DNA from: Phoronis australis
Taxonomy: Eukaryota; Animalia; Phoronida
DNA: 64,000 nucleotides
NCBI GenBank assembly: GCA_002633005.1
Contig: NMRA01000047.1
Coordinates: 1,079,326 to 1,143,325 of the forward strand
Direction: 5' to 3'
Position 1 is the stretch's first letter; each line of letters opens with the position of its first letter. The position numbers were made by a program, and so were the translations under genes. Shown piece after piece: positions 11,765 to 22,692 of the stretch. The notes under the pieces are model-generated. The model made no database searches. It worked only from the letters and a program-made list of their open reading frames with translations, and had not been told where the DNA came from.

Positions 11765-13610
11765 TTGCAATCATTTGATATTCTCTCTATTCTATAAAAC
11801 ACCATTTTCATTTATTTTTCAAGGGAAGTGCTAAAGAATCAGAAGTTGTTTTTTCTCAGTTCCATTAGAACAACCTACAAGCAGTTAGTCACAGGACTTC
11901 GTGTCTTTTCATCGATTCGTTTTCTAAATGGCAACTTGAGCAGGTTCACCCGACACATTTGACACAGAATGACAATCAATGTTCGCTCATTTATACACAT
12001 ATAGTTATAATCCCACGGGTCAGAAAAAACGGTCAATACTTAGAGGCATTGCGCTCTTCGGTGAAATCTCTTTGCGAATTTTTTATTGATCTGCGAGCGA
12101 AACCAAATTCAATTTTTACATCCCGACTGACTCGCAATGGAGACACTGACAACATGAGCATCGCAGGCGATAGAAGAATGTGGTCAGGCATTCAAAACAC
12201 AGCCAAGCAAGAGATTGATGGAGATATAATCGGCTATAAACAGCGATGAGATGTGAACTGTCATAGTCACACATCTATGCGTGTGTGGAGTTGAACTCTT
12301 ATGTGGGAAGATTATGTGAATGGAAAAGAACATACAGTGAAAGCCCTTGTGGCAAACTAGAGTCAATAGCATTTAGATTAATTAATATTCTAAGCGGGTA
12401 TTACAATAGATGAGAGAGTGGGCAGACGATGCCTTTGTCAGCCATTAAAGGCCACGAGGCATTTCTATAGGACGCACTTACAATTAGCAAAAGTGCACTC
12501 ATTGAGCAAAACCAAATGTCTATGTATTATCAAAGGCAAACAAAACTGATCTGCTTTTGTTTCACGGAGGAAACGGAGAACGACACATGACGTCTCAAAG
12601 TATTAAAGACTGAGAACTTTACGACCGGATGTGATGGAGAGGGTCTTCTTAAAATGGCAACAGGGGAATTTATAGCGGCAGTTCATCCGGTAAGATGACA
12701 TGCATCACGTGAAATACACGATATGAATCACAGGAATACAGCGTTGTTACTGTGAATAATCATAGGATACTTGTAAATCAACCCAGGGAGGCTGACACTT
12801 CAGACTAAAGGTATGTGAAAAAGGTAAATACACCTTATTACAGGTAGACCTTATACATGTCTTTACAGAACCAATTAGCAAGCAAGGTGTTGTATAGAGA
12901 CAACTGTTAAAAAATTTCTAGCATTTTTGAACACAAGTAGGTATGGTGCCCACTATGGTTTAAGGAAATGGTCACTCAACTCAATGATGACAGATACTGT
13001 GCTTGTCATTCCTGCGAAAGTAGCAGGTGTTGACATCAGCATTTCAGAAATATAGTATGTTGATGACATAACGTTATTGTGATAAACACTCCAAGTTGTG
13101 AACATTGATGGATTCTGAGAATCTGAATATAGTGTGAGATGCAATCTTTCATTGGCATTGGCAATAAGGATATTTTTGAAACTGACTGATGACGGCATAC
13201 ACCTCATCATCAGTTAGGAAAATGGTATAATCATGACAGATGTGACATATTCGCAGACGTCATTATGGATTTTTCTTCTAATTTCATTCACTTGGGTAGT
13301 TCGGTAACAACTTCTGACATACACCGATGTGGTGATTCCGAAGGAAAGACCTTTTGGTAAGGCAAATTAATTGTCCATCTTGTTTACTTAGTCAACACTG
13401 ATTTACATGATGCTATCGTTTCGCTCAAGGTCAAAAAGGTAAATCGTTTTGGTTCAATCACTCTGACTCCTATTTTACTTGAACATTCTTCTAAAACCTC
13501 TGGTAATAACAGGTTTAAAGATGCAATGACTCACTTTTTATCTTATTTCTTTCAGGGGGGGGGGGCGGCAAAGAGAAAACAAATTGACAAATTTATTTAT
13601 CTATTTATAT

Positions 13611-13727
13611 GAGATTAAAAACCGGACGATCGCCGCACAAATGAAGAAGTTCATGATAAATCAACGTTTCATCTATTCGTTAAACATCAACAGGATATTA
13701 ACATAGGACAACAAATGCCAACATACA
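13611..13727 (-). mobile_element. Hammerhead-bearing dispersed repeat (Penelope-like pseudo-LTR/retrozyme fragment), copy 1, core mutated
   Basis: Shares AGATTAAAAACCGGACGATCGCCGCACAAATGAAGAAGTTCATG with 17331-17444 and 37392-37536; minus strand reads CUGUUGA-U-GUUUA-acgaa-UAGAU-GAAA-CG-UU. Confidence 0.7.
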
Positions 13728-15034
13728 TCTAGACAACCAGCCTCGCCGCTATGTCGGCATTTAGCTGTGACTATACACTTCAAACTTCCGCCATGCTATA
13801 AAAAGAACGCAGGTTTTGTTGACCTCGCGAGGAACGCGTCCCACTATGGTCTTGCCTTTCAGAACAGACACAGCGAACATGTCAATGGGATTGAATTTAT
13901 CCCGTACAGATTCCATATTATCCCGTACAGATTCCATATCTTCTCCCTCAACAGGATTCCAAATTTCTTTGTACATGTAAAAACCGCGAATCAAAGATTA
14001 ATGAAAAATTGGTATTAAAAGCACGTAGCCAGGAAGTGCGCGCTACACACTTGTCATCTCAGGCATTAATCTTCGAGACCTATCTATTTACAACGGGTAG
14101 CGTAGCATCGGCTAGAAATAAATAATGGCACTAATTTCTGACAGTTTCTAATACCATAAAAAACTTTTGTGTTATTTTTAAGAGGGATTGCTTAATTAAT
14201 CACAACTGGCGTTTTTAAAGCCAAATATCCGATAAAATGACAACTGACAGCGACTGCTAACACAACCATACACTCAAAAAACAACTGTTCGACAGTCACG
14301 TACGCATCCAGCCACATGGCGACTAATATGGGCCTTACCGAGACAATTGTCAAACATTTTTAGCAGATGAGACTGGCAAGTGCTGAACAAAACACGTTCT
14401 GCTTGTGCTATTTTTTGAGATACAATACACATCTAGCTCGTTAGATTGTGTTTACTCTGGAAAATTGAACTCTGGTGACACACACGTGCTCGCTTACTCA
14501 TACACGCATACAAACTTCAAAACAAAGGTCACGTGACAACAACATGTGTGTTCGTCCAGAGATTTTTCTTGTGTTGCCAGGTAGGCCTACGATCATAGAT
14601 GGCACAATTTAGCACAGATTAGGACTTAACCTGCCGTTAATCCGGACTCCACGGGAACTGAAATCTTATGGACACTATTTGGAAAACTTAAGGAGGATTT
14701 CAGGCAATTTGCTTGTCGAAACTGTGTGTTTTTACTCAAGCATTCAAGTTGCCACATCGACGATTGCGAGACAGACATGTATCAGTCGGCGAGTTTTCGC
14801 TCTGGGATTTCAGCATTAATTCCTGTAAAATGATCGTAATTTAACAACAAATTTTGATAGCAATGCACCACAATTTTGTAGAAAGTCTGTCATAGGTTAC
14901 AGGTACATCACAGAGCGTAAATATGATGAATCTTTGCTTCCGATTTCACCCGTTTCGGAGACCGGGTTTCAACTGCCTTGGGTTACAATAAGCGCCCCCT
15001 GAAATGCCCTGGGCGGTTATTAGGGCGAATACGG
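13728..15034. mobile_element. HIRAN-carrying DNA transposon, copy 2 (middle and right end)
   Basis: Homologous to 3334-4147 with an extra internal segment; ends TTAGGGCGAATACGG followed by TA. Confidence 0.75.
13761..13994 (-). pseudogene. HIRAN-domain fragment
   Basis: IRGFYMYKEIWNPVEGE...NPIDMFAVSVLKGKTIVGRVPREV matches HIRAN; 21-bp internal duplication and 3' frameshift. Confidence 0.75.
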
Positions 15035-17393
15035 TAGATGTTTCAAGATGAAATCCTAAAAGAGCTATCATGCTTTTCTGTAATAATGTTTCATTTTTGT
15101 TTCATGGAAGTTTTTTCATGGAAAGCATAAAGTCCTATTTTATAGCCCTCTCATGCAAAAGTGGAACATTTTAAAACCAATCCTAATAGTGTTTTAGAGA
15201 ACAATTCATAAAGCATTCTTTCGGAATGTCTGACCAGCCCTTTCTGAGATATGATGTTTTGAAGTTAGCCAAATATGGACATTTTTCTAGGATCCTACAT
15301 GTTTGGCAAATCATCATTTTTAAATGCTCAATCTCAACTTACAACTCCGCCAAGTTATATGATCAAGACTTCCTTGAAAGTGCCTGTGTCTTTTAACGTT
15401 TATCTCGTGTGAATAGCTCGTCTCGCACATTAGCTTTGAGTACAGAACACTCAGAGTTTCACTGAGTAGGAAAGTATCAGTAATTGCCTAATATGTGTTC
15501 TTTGACTGTTTTACACGAGTCCCAACATTAGCCCAAATTGAATGTTGGGTGTTAACGACAACCCTGACTTCTCAAAAAAACTAAACGTCCATGCTTAGTT
15601 TAACACCCTCCCTCTCATTTTTGAGCTCACCAATTTAAGCGCAGTGGACATTAACCCGATCACGTATGGCAAGTCATTTCTTTGGACTAACCATATCAGA
15701 ACATTTCACATGATGAAGTTACCCCGACTGATAGATGCGTCTCTAATTATCTATTGACTGTTAATAAGAAAGGGATGATTTGCCTCACCAATACTTAAGT
15801 TCATTTTCTTTGGAGTCAGCAGGTCTATATATGTGCTGTTTGTTGATTTATGCGTGGATAATTAACAATTAATCCATTGTTGAACCAAAATATCGTTGGT
15901 TTTCTTTTGTACATTCAACATTAATTTACAATGCGTATCAGTGTAACATCATCCTATGAATTGTTGTTTGTCTGCTTCACAAGCATACCATTTAGAAATG
16001 GAGGTCTTGAAATGTCGGAGAGGGGCATTTATTTGACCGACCGATTAATATTAACAACTTGGTGTTACATATTTGCTTGTTCCTTTCTTCACGTAAAAGA
16101 GTCCGGTAACACTATGTTTGGTATAACATGTCAAATGTGCTTCTGTGCTGTTGTTGGTAAGCCAAGTGGTTATAGCAAACTCTTCACTATGAATTGGCAT
16201 TTCAAAGACCAGCACTTTTCATGAAGTAAAGTCTGTTTAGTGTACATACGTAAACCAGGGGTTGTTGTGTGATCCAATATGGGCACTAGAAAGTGAACAT
16301 TTGGGGATGAGTATTCAGTCAAACATTGAGTACTGTTGAAAGCCGCATTGAAAGTCATTTCTGAACTTCAAGTCTCACACAGCACTAATTAGGTCAAGAT
16401 GAACTGCAAATTTCCAACTGGGGTATGGTAAAAATTCTAAAGTTGACACAGTGAAAAGTTGATTATTTGCTTTAAGTTGGTGCTTTTACCAAATTTAAGA
16501 AAAAGCTATATTTGCCACCCCAAAGTGATTAAAGAAAGACAAATTTTGTGTTGGCAGCTAATTTGGACAATTTTATTTCAGACTTTACTGATACAGAATG
16601 TCCAATATTTGAGAAATATGATGAACACCGAAATTGCCCATGTCCCAATCTTCGGAATCAAAAAAAAATCGATTTTGGCTTGAGTTTCAGTATCCCAAAT
16701 TTTAGAGACTACCAAACTGGGGACTCTTTATTGTCAATCAACTTGATGGTGGTGGATTCTAAAGTTGAAGCAAACCAAGAACCTTGAATTAATCAGGGTT
16801 TACCGAAAAAATGTTTATGCAAGTGGTTTTCCTCTGTACAGATGTTCTCTCAAACTTTGGAGGTTAAAACTTGTACAAGAAAGATGGAAAGTGGTTGTGT
16901 TGGCGAAGTTGAATAACAGCATGTTATGAAAATTGCGCGAAATAAAGTGACTCATGAAAACGTCGAGAATTATGAAAATGTTTAGTATCCAGACTACTTG
17001 ACTCTAAATTGTAAGTCATTAGAGATTTCTTGGAACTCATTATGTTTAGTTTTATGTGCATGTCAAATTTGAGACAAGTTTCTAAGAGTATAATGGAGTT
17101 TTATAGATAAAAAATGGTTGCGTCTGTCGCTACCGCCATCGTGTTTAATTTCATCTAAAAATGATTAACCTCCAGCCATTCAGGGCTGACAAGCTGTGCG
17201 GTCATTTTATGCCACTCAAATCAGAAACAGTTTGTACTATGAATCAAGACAGACAGACCGACAGACAACGAAATGAGCCGAGAAATTCACCAGACACATC
17301 ACAAAAACCTCATATAAATAGTTAATTAAATCAGTTCTTGGCCACAGTAAGATTAAAAACCGGACGATCGCTACACAAATGAAGAAGTTCATG

Positions 17394-17440
17394 ATAAATC
17401 AACGTTTCGTCTATTCGTTAGACATCATCAGGATATTTAC
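17394..17440 (-). ncRNA. Minimal type-I hammerhead ribozyme motif (intact core)
   Basis: Minus strand GUAAAUAUC-CUGAUGA-U-GUCUA-acgaa-UAGAC-GAAA-CG-UU-GAUUUAU: conserved core, 5-bp stem II, palindromic AACGUU in place of stem III, stem I AUC/GAU. Confidence 0.75.
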
Positions 17441-17444
17441 ATAG

Positions 17445-17636
17445 ACCGCGCACAATGATCTTTTCAGGACTGCCAGATTTCAATGACAACTTTAAGATGT
17501 TACTGATGAATTTTAGCGCTGTGGGTAAGGCATTTTTTGCATGTACACGTTCACGGGCTGGGCGCTTATTTCAGCAAAGTCTGAAAAGGCGAGGGGGGCG
17601 GTTATAGGGGCATGGGCGGATATTAGGGCGAATACG
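17445..17636. mobile_element. HIRAN-carrying DNA transposon, copy 2, displaced left end (inverted relative to 13728-15034)
   Basis: Reverse complement matches 3139-3330; ends TTAGGGCGAATACGG followed by TA. Confidence 0.75.
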
Positions 17637-19168
17637 GTATATCAAAAGACATTTGGTCATGTCATTGATATCGTTGTTTTGTTATCAATGCACCGTTCTG
17701 TTTTGCTAACTTTTAATGAAAAAACATGGTCACGTGACCCAATTAATGAAAAAATGGTAAAAAGTCAAAAATCAATTCCCACAAGCATTCTACTTTCAGA
17801 AACTACAAACTTTTACCAAGTTAAATCTGTATCTTTGCAGATATTTGGCTAAATACGCAGACATGTCCATATGTCAAACATAAACTTGACTTGGATGAGA
17901 ACCGTGGTCCTAACTTTAGTGAAATGGATCAGCCAACTACTGTTCTTTATTGGACCAGTAGGATGATGCAATAGACTGACAAGTGAGAAGAACACTTTAT
18001 GCAATTGTCTATAGCTAATTAGCTATTGATATGTACTTGAGTGCAAATGGCTCGCTATACTTGGCTGGATCAATTATCTCGGAACTACTGTAATAAATGC
18101 ACAAATCACAAACAATAAAAGAAATGTTGTCGTGGGATAAAATACAGGTAAACGTCTTGCTTGTCAATCAGAATCGCAGCCAAACCTGAATGCCTAGAAA
18201 ATGACAAATTAATATACCAAATATCCAAGACGAAAGATTTACTTCATCAAACTTAAGTAGTATCAGCAAAATTAAATACCTTAAGAATTCATCCTCGATT
18301 CTTTTCCCACACATAAAACATTGCACATAATTTTTCTCAAATATTGTTTCTAAACAGTAATGAAAATTGTTGGACTTAAAATAAAATGTCGGTGAATACA
18401 TTTTTCATAAAAATCACCCATGACAAAAAGTTTTCACTGTCTGACAATATGCTTTAACTCATTGTCCAATTGTGATTGATATCATTTACAATGTTATGAA
18501 CGTACCAATATATACATTGAGGTTATTTAAGACCCTAGAAAAATGTTCAAATTTGACTAACTTTGGAACATCACATCTGATGAACGGCAGATCTAGATTT
18601 GAGCGTCACCTTCAAATTCTCAACTTTAGCTTTGGCCAACCAGAATAAAGTGTGAAGCATTTTCGTGACTCGCTGACGGTTTCGCTGATCTTGTCAGTAA
18701 CGGAAATAGAATCCTATCACAGTAAGGACTATTATTTGTTTATTTTAGCCAGCTAAACAGCAAAATGCAGCTTTAAGAACTTATCCCATCGCCGTGGTAA
18801 TCTTAATATAAAATCACTGTCATCAGACAGCCTAAGAATCAAGGCATTTGTACCAGCCAATTCATCATTAATATATAAAACATACTCAGTAGTCTAGTTT
18901 GTATTCCACATTAATATTCCAGGCATGTCTGTAAAGAATCCCGAGGCAAAGATAAATAGCATTCCTGTTTCTCTTAGAGATTATCATTTATGGGAAGCAA
19001 ACGAGGTTTGTTAGCGACAGATCCCAGCTTATAGCGATGTTCACCCAAACTCCGTACAGTACTTGAAGAAGCAATATCATGGTCTTGTGTCAATTAACGG
19101 ACATCAAATCAAAACTGTTACAAAATGGGGAGTAGTTGGGAGGGATTTCAAAATTTGGGTTAAGATTT

Positions 19169-19665
19169 TGTAGGGCCCTAGAAAAATGTCCACACTTGGA
19201 AAACTTTTTTGGTGATTTTACGTCAAAAAAAGATCGACCGTGTTCTTTTAAACTTTCAGAAACTATGCTTTATGCCGTTCTACAAAATGTTAGGAATTTT
19301 TTTAAAATGATCCACTTATCATTGGGAGCTATCAGAAACGGGACTTTTTCATGAAAAAAATCAAGAAGGGCATAAAATGAAAACAAAACGATTATTTATA
19401 AAATAGTGACAGCATTTTTTGAGATTTCATCTTACCAAACAAAATATGGTCGTGTTATCCATACTGTGTCGTGCAATCAATGTACAGTTACTTAGTGTTA
19501 GATTTCACAAGAAAGACATGATTGCATGACCCAATTAAAGGCTGTCAGGTGAGTAAAGAGTCAAAAATCAAATTATACAGGCTAGGTACCCTAGTTTCAG
19601 AAAATCAGTACTTTTACCGAATTAAAATATATTATTTGTAGATATTTGGCTTAATACAGTACTGA
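19169..19665. repeat. Abundant MITE-like dispersed repeat family (other copies ~15037-15300, 17637-17860, 20400-20782, 30670-31015 plus 31755-31840, 33140-33410)
   Basis: Shared blocks TGTAGGGCCCTAGAAAAATGTCC, CATGACCCAATTAA and AGATATTTGGCTTAA in both orientations. Confidence 0.7.
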
Positions 19666-20813
19666 GGATGAGGTCCAACATGACCTTAACACTAAGTTAT
19701 TCTTCAATGAAACCCTAAAATTTCCATAATAACAGTACTAGTTTCAGCCCTTCTCCCGAAAACCTGCAACAGAAAAGATGGTAGACTAGATAACTGTTAC
19801 ATTGAGAAAATCTTATTTCACGGCTATCAAAGGATAATTTCAAAATTAATCAATTCAATAAGCATTTCAAAAAACTGATTGCTTGTACATTTGTATGATT
19901 CACTCTGACAAATTCCCTGAATATGAAAATATGGGTTCCTTTGATGTTAAAAATATAAATCTAATTTATATAGTAATTCTGTTGAGCGATACGAGGGGTA
20001 TTTACATAATTTTCATCACAATGTCTTCTCTAGAACTGCCAAAAGCTCGGGTCAAGACAGGCTGTCCCACCAACTAGCGCTACCATGCCATATTCACGCC
20101 TATGTACATTTCATGGCAAACAAAATAGCGATGTCCATTTTTCTTAGTTTTTAGCGAGTGGCGTCCTTTGACCCGCCTGATGCTCAACATATTACACTTT
20201 AAAAACAATTCTCAACATGATGACGATAAAATGCTCTCAGCAAATCTTTTGAGGAATAAAAGAACTGCTACTCTACATATTACAACTTGAGGTTCACTTC
20301 TGAATTATTGTAAGATTGCTGCTTAGTCGTACACACACCAAAACAATGTTGCAGTGGACCCATACGTGGCGTGATGGTGAGGCAGCTAATCTAAGTAATG
20401 TAGGGCCTTATCGAGAGGTCTGTTTTTTGCTAAATATCTTCAAAAACTATAGATTTTAACCTAGAAATTAGCTCATATACTCTGAAAGTTGAAAGATTGT
20501 AAAATTTGATTTTTCACTTTATGCCAATATGCTAATAATTGGGACACGTGATCGTGTGTTTTAGTAAAATTTACCTAACAAGAAAGGTATCGATAAATTT
20601 TTCGTAAGTCATGGTACTGTTTTTTGCAAAAGCAGAACATTCTAAAATTAACTCCAAATAGCATTTTGGAAAACGGAGAATAACGCATGGTATCTGAAAG
20701 TTTCATACGAATCCAATCTGCCATTTCTGAGATATGGCGCTCTGAAGCTAGCAAAATTTTGACATTTTTCTATGGCTTTACATAACCTTAATCAAAGCTA
20801 GCTATATATAGTG

Positions 20814-20900
20814 TATATAAATAGGAACTCGGAAAAACAAGTCTGCCACTGAAAATCAACGGGTACAGTAGGTGTAGATCAGCTAGGAAAAACCACACAG
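20814..20900 (+). promoter_or_regulatory. Candidate TATA box and non-coding first exon of the nested NHL gene
   Basis: TATATAAATAG at 20814-20824; strong donor CAG|GTAAGA at 20900/20901; matching strong acceptor TTTCTTCTCTCTCCTTTCAG| at 21595. Confidence 0.45.
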
Positions 20901-21837
20901 GTAAGAAACTATTTCCAGATACCAGCAACAGTGACTAGTGCAGGGCCTTTACTAACATTGCACAGTTATAAGGCGGAAGTGAGTGCTGTAACCTATGTTG
21001 TGGCCTCAACAACAACTTTCTTCACACACATAATTGCTCTTCCATAGCATCGTCATCAGGTTCTTGTTTTTGCCTGGACTGAAGTCGGTTGCAATGAAAT
21101 GCCTGAAATTCACCCGACGGCCATACTGCTTTGGTGGGTAAAACTTACCCACGAGAAGCAGTGTCAGTTCTTCTCATGCCAAGAAATCCCTTTCTGACAT
21201 GAGTAAGGAGAAAGTTGTGACTGATTCTATAGCTATAAGTGGCTGAAACCAAAAGTTGCTTTTTGATAGACGACGCAGGTTTAATGCATCTTCAAAATCT
21301 CATATAGGCAAATTTAACACCAGGCGGCGCTGTAATGGGCAAAACAACCCAAACCTAAACATTTCTGGACACCCACAAAAACTTTTGAAACAACCGAAGA
21401 TAGAATGCATGTCATGAAATACACACTGCAAGCTGGAAGCGAATAAACAAGAAAGAATTTTTGCATAACTACGAACTGCAGTTCAGCAAAATCCAGACAA
21501 CATGGTATGCAACGGTGATGGACAAACACTGGTGGGCCAGACATTGTGTCAATTTCCTGAGGCGTTATTGATGGATTTCTTCTCTCTCCTTTCAGGCATT
21601 CTGCAAGCGGGATAAATTGACTGAAAACATCATATCGATCACCGTTATTTATATGGCAAGGCAACCTCCCCTGGGACTGCATTTCCCATGACTTAAAACG
21701 ATACAACCAAAATAAAATAGACATAAACGACGCAGTTTGTCAAGTCGAGAGAAAGAAATAAGTAGGATAGAAATTCACTGGATTGTTGGTATCCGTTTGG
21801 AGTAATATTCTGGGAGACAAAAGGCCAAAACGTCATT

Positions 21838-22692
21838 ATGGCGCAATCCGGTTCTGACGTGAATGACACAAAACTTTTGTACAGCTTCAAAACACTGAGT
21901 GAGAAGAAGCGCACCAGTCTTATACGTGAGTGCATCTTAACACTCGATGATGACATTATGATCAGTGATGGAACGAGCAAAACAATTAAGATTTATGACA
22001 TGAGTGGTGAGAAAAAACAGGAGTTTGGTCATGAACAACTTGGTGACCCCTGGGGTATGGTGATGTTGGATCATGATCGTTTCGCCGTGACTGACAGCAA
22101 GAAGAAGGATGTTAAAATCTTCCACATAAATGGCCAGTATGAGACTTCGGTCGGGGGTGATATCAAAGATCTTCCATTCAAAGACCCAAGAGGCATTACC
22201 GTGAACAGTCATCACGAGCTAATTGTGAGTGACGCGTGGCGCCGCTGTGTCTATGTGTTCCCGATGGATGCTGCGTATGTGGAGATTATCTGGGGCAACC
22301 CACCGCCAGAGATGATCATGTTCAAAAGCCCATTGTACGTAGCCTGCAATAGCAAGGATGATATCATCATCTCAGACTACTATGGAGGCATGATTTATAC
22401 ATTTGACTACCACCATGAGTTCCTCTGGCAATATGGCCACAAGAGGAAACATAAGAAGCCACGTTACCCACGCGGCATGTGCGTCGACAACAAAGACAAT
22501 ATCATTATTGCCGACAACTACAATAACAAAGTGCAAATGGTGACGGAGGATGGAGACTTTACCAGCTACCTTCTCCGTGACACGCCAGACAACCCCGTCA
22601 ACCGGCCACGAACAGTTGCCGTCAACAGTAAAGGGCACCTGGTTGTCGGTGAAAATGGCGGGAAAATCAAAGTATATAAATACTTAGAATGA
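21838..22692 (+). CDS. Stand-alone NHL-repeat (six-bladed beta-propeller) protein resembling the TRIM2/TRIM3/TRIM71 C-terminal domain, nested in the PFAS intron
   Basis: Intact 284-aa ORF with repeated NHL motifs (DPWGMV, FKDPRGITVNSHHELIVSD, FKSPLYVACNSKDDIIISD, YPRGMCVDNKDNIIIADNYNNKVQ, RPRTVAVNSKGHLVVGE); in-frame stop upstream at 21763. Confidence 0.9.
   Translation: MAQSGSDVNDTKLLYSFKTLSEKKRTSLIRECILTLDDDIMISDGTSKTIKIYDMSGEKKQEFGHEQLGDPWGMVMLDHDRFAVTDSKKKDVKIFHINGQYETSVGGDIKDLPFKDPRGITVNSHHELIVSDAWRRCVYVFPMDAAYVEIIWGNPPPEMIMFKSPLYVACNSKDDIIISDYYGGMIYTFDYHHEFLWQYGHKRKHKKPRYPRGMCVDNKDNIIIADNYNNKVQMVTEDGDFTSYLLRDTPDNPVNRPRTVAVNSKGHLVVGENGGKIKVYKYLE

Noticed and set aside
18661-18705. Minus-strand CUGACAA...GAAACCGUC motif
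   Set aside because: Core G8 is missing and there is no proper stem II.
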